DNA from: Candidatus Latescibacterota bacterium | GTDB taxonomy: Bacteria > Latescibacterota > UBA2968 | Assembly (NCBI GenBank): GCA_965208125.1 | Contig: OZ242320.1 | Location: 5,440,001-5,504,000 of the forward strand | Reading direction: 5' to 3' | DNA length: 64,000 nucleotides | In this document: positions 28,137-38,812 of the stretch, one piece after another | How positions within the stretch are numbered: the stretch's first letter is position 1 | How the letters are laid out: the number at the start of each line of letters is the position of its first letter | Program-made: the position numbers and the translations under genes | The notes under the pieces: model-generated | What the model was told of the DNA's origin: nothing | The model's input: the letters and a program-made list of their open reading frames with translations, nothing else | Databases searched by the model: none

Positions 28137-29776
28137 CTACCCTCCTGTTTCATTGGCAATCGAAATTTGATCGACTGAGTTATCTTTACGGCTACTGGTT
28201 TGCCATTATGTTCCGCAGGTTTGAACCGAAATTGCGATACCGCGTCTATCGCCGCCTGATGAAATTCCTCAGGCCCTTCCAAAACCTTCACATCGCTCAC
28301 CGAACCATCCACATTGACCATAAACCTCAAAAGCACTTTGGCACTTGGATACACAGGCTCAACAGATTGCAGAAGTTCGGGCTTTGCTTCGACCACGAAA
28401 AATTCGAGGTCTTCATTACTGCCAGCATCAACACGCACAGGCGGCGTGATCTGTTCCCCTCTACGTAATGCAACAAACTCAAACGGCAAAGTCTTCCATA
28501 CAGGCACAACTTTGCCGTTGTGCTCCGCGGGCTTGAACCGGTATTGTGATATCGCATCTGTTGCCGCCTTTTGGAATATCTTCGCCCCTATGCTTCTCAA
28601 AACCTCCACATCGCTCACCGAACCATCTACATTAACCACAAACTTCAAAAGCACTTTACCATTTAGACTCATTTTTTGAGCTATATCGGGATATACTGGC
28701 GAAACAGCATGTATAAGGACAGGCTCAGTGTCAACATGGTAAACTTGCATAACTTCATTACTATCAATATCGCCAAATGCAGGTATTAACTTTTCTTTAG
28801 AAGCAATTTGAGGGGGCTGTGTATATGCTTCCCGAATTGAAAAAGGCACAATCATCAAACCAATGAGAATCGGAATAGCCAACTGCCATTTGGTTCGTTT
28901 CACATTGTCATCCTTGAAATTAAGAACATACTCCAGACGTTTCTTAAGCGCAGTTCCTCGCTCGTTGAAATACAGCGCACTCAGAGCCGGGTGTCTGTCA
29001 ACAAATTCTAACAACAGCCGCCCGTATTCAACAGGCGTCAGATTCGTCTCGCGCAACACGGCCTCATCACAGCGCAACTCGCGCAAAAATGTCAGCCTTC
29101 GGTTCAACAACCAGACCAGCGGATTGATGCAAAACAGTGCCATTGTAATCCCCTGGAAAATCAGCACCCAGATATCGCGATTATCTCGATGCGCCAACTC
29201 GTGTGCAACAACGCCACGCAACTCCTCGGACGACCATGACGACCAATGCGCTGGCAAATACAATTTCGGTTTTACGATACCGACCAGAAGCGGAGAACGC
29301 AGACTGGCTTTGGCATAAACCTTCAGATCCTGCGCCTCACTCAGCGATCTCACCTCCCTCGCCAGATCAACCGGCACTGCCACACTGAGCGCACGATGAA
29401 ACGCCGCATTCTTACACAATGTCACACCTGTCCATACCACAACCGAAACACTCCACAGACAAAACATATAAAACGCCAGCGGGAGCGGTGCGACTTGCGC
29501 GGGTGCAACAACCGCGTCTCCAGAAACCACATCGGCATAAACTGGTCCAACCGGCACAGCTTTGGATACCGTCAAAAACTCGGGCAACGAAATGGCATAA
29601 AAAGGCGGTACAAACACCTTCGCCAATGCCAGCAAATAGAGAACATACCGCAACCGCGTATCCAGCATCATCCAGCGATCCACTGCCCACACCAGCGAAA
29701 TGAACAGTGCCACCTCAACAAAATGCACCGCATAAAGCGGCCACCACGCCTCGGCCAAATAGATCAACAAATCCAT
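28133..29776 (-). CDS. BlaR1/M56 metallopeptidase fused to two TonB C-terminal domains (copy 2)
   Basis: HELAH motif; two PVYP...FxVNVDGSV...RFKPAEHNGK units. Confidence 0.9.
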   Translation of the reverse strand: MDLLIYLAEAWWPLYAVHFVEVALFISLVWAVDRWMMLDTRLRYVLYLLALAKVFVPPFYAISLPEFLTVSKAVPVGPVYADVVSGDAVVAPAQVAPLPLAFYMFCLWSVSVVVWTGVTLCKNAAFHRALSVAVPVDLAREVRSLSEAQDLKVYAKASLRSPLLVGIVKPKLYLPAHWSSWSSEELRGVVAHELAHRDNRDIWVLIFQGITMALFCINPLVWLLNRRLTFLRELRCDEAVLRETNLTPVEYGRLLLEFVDRHPALSALYFNERGTALKKRLEYVLNFKDDNVKRTKWQLAIPILIGLMIVPFSIREAYTQPPQIASKEKLIPAFGDIDSNEVMQVYHVDTEPVLIHAVSPVYPDIAQKMSLNGKVLLKFVVNVDGSVSDVEVLRSIGAKIFQKAATDAISQYRFKPAEHNGKVVPVWKTLPFEFVALRRGEQITPPVRVDAGSNEDLEFFVVEAKPELLQSVEPVYPSAKVLLRFMVNVDGSVSDVKVLEGPEEFHQAAIDAVSQFRFKPAEHNGKPVAVKITQSIKFRLPMKQEGR

Positions 29777-30162
29777 TACGCGCCTCCTTTCTCCCTCGCC
29801 TCAATCAGCGCACGCAACTCATCCAATTCCTTCTGCGAAAGCTCACCTGAATCCACGAGATACGTTGCCAGTGCTCCAAAGGATCCTTCAAACATCCGAG
29901 ATACCAGCGTGCGCGTCTCGTCCTGTGCCGCATCTTCTCGCGACAGGGTCGGCGTGTACACATTCACCGGACCGATCTTCTGCCGATTGAGCACACTCTT
30001 TTCAAACAGAATATTCATAATCGTCTGCACAGTCGTATAAGCCTTCTCGCCATTGGGATACAGGTAATCAACCACATCGCGCACCGTGACCTGGCGGTCG
30101 AGATGCCATATGCCATCCATCACTTCCCACTCAGCTTCAGATAGTCGTTTCTTAGCAGCCAT
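29776..30162 (-). CDS. BlaI/MecI/CopY family repressor (copy 2)
   Basis: Near-identical to copies 1 and 3. Confidence 0.95.
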   Translation of the reverse strand: MAAKKRLSEAEWEVMDGIWHLDRQVTVRDVVDYLYPNGEKAYTTVQTIMNILFEKSVLNRQKIGPVNVYTPTLSREDAAQDETRTLVSRMFEGSFGALATYLVDSGELSQKELDELRALIEAREKGGA

Positions 30163-30182
30163 AAGACCCTCCTCGAAAATAT

Positions 30183-30226
30183 TACTAATTATTTAGTATT
30201 ATGACGGATCTATTAGGAGAAGTCAA
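30183..30226 (-). promoter_or_regulatory. Sigma70 promoter with putative BlaI operator (copy 2)
   Basis: TTGACT-17-CATAAT; TACTAA-TTAT-TTAGTA at 30183-30198. Confidence 0.75.
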
Positions 30227-30331
30227 GCAAAAATCTCATTTTATAAACAAAAAAAGAGCGACAGGTCTTTTCGACCCACCGCTCTGTGGTATGACCAATC
30301 GGCTCATCCCCAAATCGACCACCCTTGAAAA

Positions 30332-30829
30332 TCAAAGTTGGAAATTTAATCCAACAGAGAAAGGTTGCTCGAGGATGCCTTCTGCCTTCGCAACTGGAAT
30401 TGTCCAGAATGTGTTGAGATTCAGGGCAACCCGCTTATGCAAAGAAATAAGCGCCCCGATCTTTGGTTGAAAGAAAACGCCGGAATTGGCAGGTCTATAA
30501 ATCGTACCACCCGAAAGGGTATAATAAAACCTGAACCGTCCCATAATTTTATGAACGTTGCGGATACCCACACCAAGCGTAAACTGACGCCTGCCATCTG
30601 ATTCTCCTGGAAGTTTGATTACCTGATCGCCATAAGCCATTGCAACTTCCAGGCCAATAGATGGTTTCAGCCCCAGCACGCCCAATAACTTTACTCGAGA
30701 TTGGTAGCCATCAGCTGGCGAATTTGCAAATTCTCCCTCTACACCGATATAGTTATGCTTCATCTCTTCAGCAGCAAGTGGACTGGACAGAAACATCAAA
30801 AACATCGAGAAAAAGAGTAACTTTTTCAT
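30332..30829 (-). CDS. Small outer-membrane beta-barrel protein (copy B)
   Basis: Near-identical paralog of 25899-26396, including upstream DNA. Confidence 0.7.
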   Translation of the reverse strand: MKKLLFFSMFLMFLSSPLAAEEMKHNYIGVEGEFANSPADGYQSRVKLLGVLGLKPSIGLEVAMAYGDQVIKLPGESDGRRQFTLGVGIRNVHKIMGRFRFYYTLSGGTIYRPANSGVFFQPKIGALISLHKRVALNLNTFWTIPVAKAEGILEQPFSVGLNFQL

Positions 30830-30963
30830 CTCTAACTCCTCCTTTTCAGGCTTGGTGATTCGGGTTGTAGGATTATTCTTTTTACACTCATGTATAAGGA
30901 AGAAGTTGCAAAAAATAGAACGGACACTTCATACACTCATCCTGCACGAATGAGAATTCCCCT

Positions 30964-33369
30964 CTAATCAGCAACCACAAAAGAGGCCTCTTTCACAGCC
31001 TTCTCCTCAGATTCTAAATCTGTTATCTCCACGCTCACTGTATGGCGACCCAACCCACACGCTGTCAAATCCAGCGCGACATACGCTGCCTCTGAAGGCC
31101 GCTTGCCCACTTGCTCAAAATCTATTGCGATCTCTTCGTCCTCACCCTTCGTAATCGTCTTGACCAGTTGTGAAACAAGCGCACCCAATGTCATTTTCTC
31201 TTGTGACCGAATTGTATATACCACGCGATATCTGGTCTGACCAAACGCATTGCGTTTCAAATTGTAAATCTCGTAATACACATAAATACTGCGATCTCGC
31301 GGATAGGTCCTGGTGGGCATAGGAATGACCTCGAGATGTCCTTTGCTGAACTTACTTCTTTCTTTCTTCTCATAAATCTGCCAGGCCAGTTCCAGATCGC
31401 TGACCTGAAGTCGCGTCTGCGGATATGCCTCAATCTCCATATCCTGCCGATACCGTCCTTCGCCTATGGAAATCAAATCTCTGATGGACACCTCCATCTT
31501 GTAAGAGCCGGGCGGCACATCAAGACGTATCACATCGGGCACAACTGCGCCTTTGATACCTGTGACATCGCCCGCATTTCTGAAATTTAAGGGTGCGCGG
31601 CTGCGATAGATGCTTCCAGTCTTTGTATTGATCAGCGCGACCGTGCGTTCGACCGAGAGGCGAGTTTCGTCCTCTTGGGCAAAATAATACCCCAGCATGT
31701 GTGGCACACCGAGATAGACTTCACACATCGTATTTTCATCCTCACCGCGAAAATCCGCAGATCCGAAATAAAATTCAGACGGATCCTCGTTTTCCAGCGG
31801 GCGATAATAATCGGGGATGAGTGCGGCAGCCTGTTCGGTTACAGTTCTCGGATTATAGCGATGTAAAATAGCCAACTGTCTCAAGGGAACCATATCGCCG
31901 GGTGGTGCAGGTGCGTAATCGTAGGTACCTATGCCGCGTTCATCGGTAAACGTAATATCGAGCCCAGCGCCAATATCGACGTAAATCCAATTCTCCCACG
32001 CCACCATTGCCCCATTCTCTGATGCCGTAACAGGCCGAAAAATGTCTGTGCGAGATTCACGCGCAGAACCCGTCGCTATATGGAATGATTTCGCGGTATA
32101 TCCCTGGAACTCAGATATTTTTCCCCGCAGACTTCGCACGGGATAAACAGGACCGACATAAGTGGCACCTAATGGGGCTACTATAGGTTCTGGATCATAG
32201 AGATTACTGCGCGGGTTTCCTGATTTTAGAAACTCTTTCGGGTGGACTTTGGTACCATAAATCGACAAAGCCAATCGCTCCTTGATTCTTTGCACAGCCA
32301 TACTCTGTTCAAAATTTAACTCATCTGACCGAGAGCGATAATCCGGCTCACCAAAGCGAATATATACTTCCCCTCGCCTGTCCCACGGACTTTGTCCCTC
32401 TGAAAAATGATGCAAAGCATACCACACCCGCCAATAGTGCTCTATTCTCCGCTCGTTTTCAGCCGTCGTGATATCCGGATCGTGTAAATTCCAGAACCAG
32501 CGTAAGAACCCCTCTCGCTCGTCTATCGGGGTCGCATTAAATGCGGCGAGTTCATCGCGTGAGGCAACAAATCGGATATCCTCATACAGCGTTCTTACAT
32601 CGGGATCAAGACTGTCCAGATATCGCTCAAAATACCGCTCAGCAGGGGCTATCTTCCCCAGTTTCACATACGTATAGGCCAGTACGGGAAATACCTCGGT
32701 TTCTGTGGGATGGCGCGTTACAAAGCCCTGCAAGATCTCGGTAACTTTCTGATAATTCCCCATCCGCAAATAAAACTCAGCCGACAGCTTATTTCCCTCT
32801 GCATCATCTGACGCAAACGCGAGATACCGATCGTAATAATAGGCGGTTTTCTTGGGATTCAGACCCATCTTATCGTGCCACTTGCCCAACTGAAGATAGG
32901 CGGGCGTATAGGTCGAATCCATCGCGATGACCTTCATCAACGCTTTCTCAGCAGAGTCATTTTTCAGGTCAATATACAACTGCGCCAGATTGATCTGCGC
33001 CTCAATATAGGTCGGATCAATGCCCAGTGCCTTGCGGAAGTATTGAAGTGCGTTGTATTTGTGATGGGTTTGGGAGTACATAAAAACCAGCCCCATACCA
33101 TTGTACGAGGCTGCAGAATTTGCATATCTCATCCCGTTGCGGAATGCTTTTTCAGCCTGTTTCAGATCGCCAACCGAGAAATAGGCATATCCGAGCTTGA
33201 CCCACAGGTTGCCATCTTTTGGCGCGCGCTCAATCGCCTGCTCAAGTTGGCGCAGTGAATCGGTATTCACCTGCGACCGCTTTTCATCTGTGGATACCGC
33301 GCTTACAGGATCTATCAGGAGGCAAACAGCAAGCGTCACAATGGATGCAAATGACAGAAAATAACGCAT
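30964..33369 (-). CDS. GWxTD-domain TPR protein
   Basis: Signal peptide, TPRs, FWNLHDPDITTAENERRIEHYWRVWYA...PWDRRGEVYIRFGEPD, LQVSDL, YVYYEIYNL. Confidence 0.8.
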   Translation of the reverse strand: MRYFLSFASIVTLAVCLLIDPVSAVSTDEKRSQVNTDSLRQLEQAIERAPKDGNLWVKLGYAYFSVGDLKQAEKAFRNGMRYANSAASYNGMGLVFMYSQTHHKYNALQYFRKALGIDPTYIEAQINLAQLYIDLKNDSAEKALMKVIAMDSTYTPAYLQLGKWHDKMGLNPKKTAYYYDRYLAFASDDAEGNKLSAEFYLRMGNYQKVTEILQGFVTRHPTETEVFPVLAYTYVKLGKIAPAERYFERYLDSLDPDVRTLYEDIRFVASRDELAAFNATPIDEREGFLRWFWNLHDPDITTAENERRIEHYWRVWYALHHFSEGQSPWDRRGEVYIRFGEPDYRSRSDELNFEQSMAVQRIKERLALSIYGTKVHPKEFLKSGNPRSNLYDPEPIVAPLGATYVGPVYPVRSLRGKISEFQGYTAKSFHIATGSARESRTDIFRPVTASENGAMVAWENWIYVDIGAGLDITFTDERGIGTYDYAPAPPGDMVPLRQLAILHRYNPRTVTEQAAALIPDYYRPLENEDPSEFYFGSADFRGEDENTMCEVYLGVPHMLGYYFAQEDETRLSVERTVALINTKTGSIYRSRAPLNFRNAGDVTGIKGAVVPDVIRLDVPPGSYKMEVSIRDLISIGEGRYRQDMEIEAYPQTRLQVSDLELAWQIYEKKERSKFSKGHLEVIPMPTRTYPRDRSIYVYYEIYNLKRNAFGQTRYRVVYTIRSQEKMTLGALVSQLVKTITKGEDEEIAIDFEQVGKRPSEAAYVALDLTACGLGRHTVSVEITDLESEEKAVKEASFVVAD

Positions 33370-33473
33370 GGCTATACTCCTGAGCCTGTGAACAAGAACC
33401 CCTGGCTAAAACAGTAGTATATACACCATCAAGTGTCAAGAATGTATTGCGGCGGGTGCATCCGTCCTCCGCC

Positions 33474-35339
33474 TCAACCACCATCATCCAAACGCCTGGG
33501 CGGAGACACCAGAGCCATACCCCGGGTATAAGCCCAATGCCGAGCGGCTTTGGCGAGCTTGGGATTGCCAGACGCGAGCATCGCGCTGGCCATGCGCTTA
33601 TCGCCTTCGTGTTCCAGAGCCTGAACGAGCGCGGACGTTGCAAATGCAGAATACTCGCGAATAAAAAATGGATGCGCCGCTGCAATAACATCCAGCTCGC
33701 GTTCTCGCAGAGCGCGTTTTAAGACCTCGACAACCCGATCGCCACCTATCTCAGAAAGCCTTATGGCCGCCGCAATGCGTTCCACCTCATTGCCATTCTC
33801 AAATACCGAAATCCACGCGTCAACTTTCTCCTGTACATCGCGTCTGTTGCGCCAATCTGGTTCAATATTCCGAAGCGCTCTCACTGCCATCCGCACATTC
33901 GACTCATTGCTTAGTATTACCTGGGGGCCCCTTGTCCGTATTATATTCGACCCCTTGCCCAGCATTTCCACCAGCGCAGGCACCACACGCGCATCCTTCA
34001 ATGTGACAAGTGATCGGACCGCGGCCCAGCGCACAAAAATCGAGCCATCATTTAACACTTGCACCAGAGCATCCGCTGCTCGCAGATCGCCTATTTGTCC
34101 CAACGATTGTGCAGCGGATCTTCGGACCTGTATCCCCGGATGGTCCAGCAAGCGAATCAAAGTATCTACACTTCTCCTACCATTAAGAATCCCCAAAGCA
34201 CGAGCAATTGACTCCATCAATTCCTCTCCAGATCGCCCCTGCAAATACATCTCCCGGTCCACCAGCGAGATCAGCAGATCAACAGCACTCGTATCGCGCA
34301 ATTGGCCCAATGCTCGCGCCGCTGCTCCGCGAACATACCTGTCTTCGCCCACAACGACACGCCTCAATGCACCTGCCGCGCGCATATCTCTCATTTTGCC
34401 CAGCGACTGAATGGCTTGCCTACGCACATCGCGATTTCGATCTTCTGTTGCGACGAGCAATGCCTGCACTGCCCGTTGATCTTTCAAATCGCCCAAAAAA
34501 CGCGCAACGACCTTTCGCTCATCGCCATTGCCTGCTGTCACCCAGCGACACCAGTGCATCACCAGTTCTTCTGCCCAATCTTTCTCTCGCCAGTCGGGAA
34601 CAACCGCGTTGAGACCCTCCAATGCGCGGAACCGAATGACTGCCTGTTTATCGCCCAACATATCATCTTGCATCAAATCACGCTGAAATCTCTCCACAGC
34701 CATCTCGACCTCTGGCCGCGCACGCCAATTTTTATCAATCTGATCCAGAGCAAACAGAACAGTCTGGCGCATCTCCTCATCTCCCAACAAATTTGCCAGA
34801 GGCCCAATCGCCCGGGGCGATCCAATACGTCCCAAAGCCACTGCTGAAACCCATCGCACCTGAGATATTTCACTTTGCATTTGCGAACACAGAACATCCA
34901 CCGCAGTCGAATCACCGATCTGACCCAGCGCATCTATCGCCGCCAACCGCAATACAGACACCTCCGCTTGCACAACAGCGACCAACGCACCCACCGCAGT
35001 CGAATCTCCAATTTGACCCAGCGCATCTATTGCTGCCAATGCCAGAACCGCTCGCTTGTCCTGCAAAAAAGGAATAAGTATCTCAGTCGCTCGCCTGTCT
35101 TTCAGCATACCCAGCGCATCTATCGCCGCCAACCGCACCCGCGCTTTTTCATCTTTCAACGCCTGAATCAAATGCGGCACAGCATCCAACTGACCACTCT
35201 CCCCCAACTTCTCAACCCCATATACCCGCACATCGACATCCACATGGCGCGACTGACGCACGTATTCGTCAATACCCCGAGAACAACCGCCCAGCACAAG
35301 TGCGAGGATCAGTCCAATGTATAACTTTCTATTTTTCAT
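33474..35339 (-). CDS. HEAT-repeat (PBS lyase-like) lipoprotein
   Basis: Lipobox LGGC; many VRxAAxxALGxIGDxxAVxxL repeats. Confidence 0.88.
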   Translation of the reverse strand: MKNRKLYIGLILALVLGGCSRGIDEYVRQSRHVDVDVRVYGVEKLGESGQLDAVPHLIQALKDEKARVRLAAIDALGMLKDRRATEILIPFLQDKRAVLALAAIDALGQIGDSTAVGALVAVVQAEVSVLRLAAIDALGQIGDSTAVDVLCSQMQSEISQVRWVSAVALGRIGSPRAIGPLANLLGDEEMRQTVLFALDQIDKNWRARPEVEMAVERFQRDLMQDDMLGDKQAVIRFRALEGLNAVVPDWREKDWAEELVMHWCRWVTAGNGDERKVVARFLGDLKDQRAVQALLVATEDRNRDVRRQAIQSLGKMRDMRAAGALRRVVVGEDRYVRGAAARALGQLRDTSAVDLLISLVDREMYLQGRSGEELMESIARALGILNGRRSVDTLIRLLDHPGIQVRRSAAQSLGQIGDLRAADALVQVLNDGSIFVRWAAVRSLVTLKDARVVPALVEMLGKGSNIIRTRGPQVILSNESNVRMAVRALRNIEPDWRNRRDVQEKVDAWISVFENGNEVERIAAAIRLSEIGGDRVVEVLKRALRERELDVIAAAHPFFIREYSAFATSALVQALEHEGDKRMASAMLASGNPKLAKAARHWAYTRGMALVSPPRRLDDGG

Positions 35340-35460
35340 CCGTTATACCCAATTTAGACCCCCCGAAATACGCATTTCGGGGGACATTTCTTTGGGGATC
35401 TTTGTGAGCACTTTTCTCCTTAGCATAAATTATAACACATACCCAATATCGCACACAAAA

Positions 35461-36603
35461 TTATTTCGTTTTCCTAAAATTCCTCGCATCGTCAAATTGC
35501 GGCTCAATCACGACCTCGCCTTTCGCATTGATATACCCATACTTATCATCAATTTTTAATACTGCCAAACCATTAGACAGAACGGAAATATAGAAAGGAG
35601 AATCAACCTGTGGTACAATCACGAACTCTCCTTTGGTATTGATATACCCTTTTTTCTTATCATTTTCTCTTACAAGTGCCAATCCGTTCTTAAAAGAATA
35701 CGCCTTATCAAATTGTGGCTCGATCACAATCTTGCCTTCCCGATCAATATACCCCCATTTGTCCTTGATCATTACATGCGCCAATCCCTCTGAAAAATCA
35801 TTTGCCTTATCAAATTGTGGCTTGATCGCGATCTCACCTGCTGCGTTGATATACCCATACTTGCCACTATCAGAGTCCCCGATTCTTACTATCGCCAATC
35901 CCTCTGAAAAATACCCGAAAAAGTCAAATTGCGGCTCGATAACGATCTCGCCTGCTGCGTTGATACATACCCACTTATATACCCACTTGCCCTTGACAAA
36001 ATCCTCGATTTTTACTGTCGCCAATCCTTCTGAAAAAGGAAACGCCATGTCAAACTGCGGATCAATCACAACCTTGCCTGCCGCGTTAATATATCCATAC
36101 TTGCGATTGGTGTCATCCCCGATTCTTACTGCCGCCAATCCCTCTGAAAAAGAATGCGCCTTATCAAGTTGCGGCTCAATCACAAACTCGCCTGCCGCGT
36201 TGATATATCCCCACTTGCCACTGATTAAGCCCCCAGTTCTTACTGCCGCCAGCCCTTCGAAAAAAGAATGCGCCTGGCGAAATTGCGGTTTAATCACGAC
36301 CTCACCTGCTGCGTTGACATACCCATACTTGCCCCTATCAGAGTCACCGACTCTCACTACTGCCAACCCCTCGTAAAAAGAGTGCGCCTGGTCGAATTGC
36401 GGCTCAATCACAACCTCACCTGCTACATTGATATACCCCCATTTGTCTCCAATTTTTACTGCCGCCAACTTTTCCTCAATTTCCACAGCATCCTGTTTTG
36501 TCTCAGTCTTCACATCCTCGGTTTCCATTGAGAACAACTTCCCCGAATCGGAGTAGGGAAATAGCAGTGTTGAGAAAATCATAATGTATAAGATATTGTT
36601 CAT
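35461..36603 (-). CDS. WG-repeat (KWG) protein
   Basis: ATG 36603 after GGGAGG; tandem KWGYINAAGEVVIEPQFDxAxxFSEGLAxV repeats. Confidence 0.9.
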   Translation of the reverse strand: MNNILYIMIFSTLLFPYSDSGKLFSMETEDVKTETKQDAVEIEEKLAAVKIGDKWGYINVAGEVVIEPQFDQAHSFYEGLAVVRVGDSDRGKYGYVNAAGEVVIKPQFRQAHSFFEGLAAVRTGGLISGKWGYINAAGEFVIEPQLDKAHSFSEGLAAVRIGDDTNRKYGYINAAGKVVIDPQFDMAFPFSEGLATVKIEDFVKGKWVYKWVCINAAGEIVIEPQFDFFGYFSEGLAIVRIGDSDSGKYGYINAAGEIAIKPQFDKANDFSEGLAHVMIKDKWGYIDREGKIVIEPQFDKAYSFKNGLALVRENDKKKGYINTKGEFVIVPQVDSPFYISVLSNGLAVLKIDDKYGYINAKGEVVIEPQFDDARNFRKTK

Positions 36604-36707
36604 TACAACACCTCCCTTTCTCGTGATAGAATCTAACAACCCAATCAAATATGATACTTTGAGCAGCACTGCGCGTCTGGTCTGATGAAAATCGTCAGTC
36701 GTTCCAA

Positions 36708-38405
36708 CTATTCCAATCGAAACGTGATCGGCATAACCATCCACACGGACACAATTTTGCCATTGTGTTCCGCAGGCTTGAACCGATATTGAGCTACCGC
36801 GTCTTTCGCCGCCTGACGAAATACCTCCGACCCTATGACTCTCAAAACCTTCACATCACTCACCGAGCCATCCACATTGACCATAAACCTCAAAAACACT
36901 CGGCCTTCCAAACTATCTCTGATTGCCTCCTCCGGATGCACAGGCTCAACAGGGTGCAGGACCTTGGGTTTTACTTCAACCATAAAAAATTCGAGAACCT
37001 CACTACTGTCAGCATCAACAGGCACAGGTGGCGTGCTCTGTTGCTTTGGCAATCGAAACGTGATTGGCTGAGTCATCCATACAGCTACGGGCTTACCATT
37101 GTGTTCGGCAGGCTTGAACCGACATTGAGATACCGCATCTATCGCCGCCTGACGAAATACCTCCGACCCTATGACTCTCAAAACCCTCACATCGCTCACC
37201 GAACCATCCACATTAACTATAAACTTCAAAAACACTTTGCCTTCCAGACTATCTCTGATTGCCTCCTCCGGATGCACAGGCTTAACAGAGTGCAGGACCT
37301 TAGGTTTTACTTCAACCATAAAAAATTCGAGAACCTCACTACTGTCAGCATCGCCAGATGCAGGCGGCGGGGTCTGTTGCTCCGGTGTGAATTCAGGCTT
37401 TTTCTCATCCTCAACCAATTCTATAACCTCAAGATCATTTTCATCATGCGTATATGCCTCTCTAATCGAAAAAGGCACAATCGCCAGACCGATGAGAATG
37501 GGAATTGCCAACTGCCATCTGGATCGTTTCACATTGTCCTCTTTGAAATTCAGTACATACTCCAATCGTTTCTTGAGCGCGGTGCCACGCTCGTTGAAAT
37601 ACAGCGCACTCAGAGCAGGGCGTCTATCGACAAAACCGAACAACAGCCGCCCATATTCGGCAGGCGTCAGATCCGTCTCGCGCAACACGGCCTCGTCACA
37701 GCGCAACTCGCGCAAAAAAGTCAGCCTTCGGTTCAGTAGCCAGACCAGCGGATTCACACAAAACAGTGCCATTGCAATCGCCTGAAAAATCAGCACCCAG
37801 ATATCGCGATTATCCCGATGCGCCAACTCGTGTGCAACAACGCCGCGCAACTCCTCAGACGACCAGGACGACCAATGCGCTGGCAAATACAATCTCGGCT
37901 TTACAATACCCACCAAAAGCGGAGAACGCAGACTGGCTTTGGCATAAACCTTCAGATCCTGAGCCTCGTCCAGCGATCTCATCTCCCTCGCCAGATCAAC
38001 TGGCACTGCCAAACGGAGCGCACGGTGAAACGCCGCATTCTTCCACAACGTCACGCCTGCCCATACCGCAACCGAAACACCCCACAGACAAAACAGATAA
38101 AACGCCAGAGGAAGAGGTGCAACTTGCACAGGTGCAACAACCTCGTCTCCAGAAACCATATCGACATAAACTGGTCCAACTGGCACATTGTCGGATACCG
38201 TCAAAAAATCTGGCAACGGAATGGCATAAAAAGGCGGTACAAACACCTTCGCCAATGCCAGCAAATACAGGACGTACCGCAATCGCGTATCCAGCATCAT
38301 CCAGCGATCTACCGCCCACACCAGCGAAATGAACAGCGACACTTCAACAAAATGCACCGCATAAAGCGGCCACCAGGCCTCGGCCAAATAGATCAACAAA
38401 TTCAT
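36708..38405 (-). CDS. BlaR1/M56 metallopeptidase fused to two near-identical TonB C-terminal domains (copy 3)
   Basis: HELAH motif; duplicated DADSSEVLEFFMVEVKPKVLH...PEEAIRDSLEG...RFKPAEHNGK unit. Confidence 0.9.
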   Translation of the reverse strand: MNLLIYLAEAWWPLYAVHFVEVSLFISLVWAVDRWMMLDTRLRYVLYLLALAKVFVPPFYAIPLPDFLTVSDNVPVGPVYVDMVSGDEVVAPVQVAPLPLAFYLFCLWGVSVAVWAGVTLWKNAAFHRALRLAVPVDLAREMRSLDEAQDLKVYAKASLRSPLLVGIVKPRLYLPAHWSSWSSEELRGVVAHELAHRDNRDIWVLIFQAIAMALFCVNPLVWLLNRRLTFLRELRCDEAVLRETDLTPAEYGRLLFGFVDRRPALSALYFNERGTALKKRLEYVLNFKEDNVKRSRWQLAIPILIGLAIVPFSIREAYTHDENDLEVIELVEDEKKPEFTPEQQTPPPASGDADSSEVLEFFMVEVKPKVLHSVKPVHPEEAIRDSLEGKVFLKFIVNVDGSVSDVRVLRVIGSEVFRQAAIDAVSQCRFKPAEHNGKPVAVWMTQPITFRLPKQQSTPPVPVDADSSEVLEFFMVEVKPKVLHPVEPVHPEEAIRDSLEGRVFLRFMVNVDGSVSDVKVLRVIGSEVFRQAAKDAVAQYRFKPAEHNGKIVSVWMVMPITFRLE

Positions 38406-38791
38406 TACGCGCCTCCTCTCTCCCTCGCCTCGATCAGCGCACGTAGCTCATCCAGTTCCTTCCGAGAAAGCTCACCTGAATCCACGAGATACGTTGCCAG
38501 CGCTCCAAAGGACCCCTCGAACATGCGAGATACCAGCGTGCGCGTCTCGTCCTGCGCCGCATCTTCCCTCGATAAGGTTGGCGTGTACACATTCACCGGA
38601 CCGATCTTTTGCCGATTGAGCACACCCTTTTCAAACAGAATATTCATAATCGTCTGCACCGTTGTATAAGCCTTCTCGCCATTGGGATATAGGTAATCGA
38701 CAACATCGCGCACCGTAACCTGACGGTCGAGATGCCATATGCCATCCATCACCTCCCACTCAGCCTCAGATAGTCGTTTCTTTGCAGCCAT
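38405..38791 (-). CDS. BlaI/MecI/CopY family repressor (copy 3)
   Basis: Near-identical to copy 2. Confidence 0.95.
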   Translation of the reverse strand: MAAKKRLSEAEWEVMDGIWHLDRQVTVRDVVDYLYPNGEKAYTTVQTIMNILFEKGVLNRQKIGPVNVYTPTLSREDAAQDETRTLVSRMFEGSFGALATYLVDSGELSRKELDELRALIEARERGGA

Positions 38792-38812
38792 AAGACCCTC
38801 TCCTTGAAATAT

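Noticed and set aside
36601-36625. Similarity between DNA upstream of the WG-repeat gene and the blaI 3' end
   Set aside because: It is limited to a Shine-Dalgarno sequence plus TAATG, which is expected by convergence.
36720-37400. Near-identical TonB_C repeats as a possible DGR template/variable pair
   Set aside because: No reverse transcriptase is present in the window, both copies are coding in one ORF, and the differences do not look adenine-specific.
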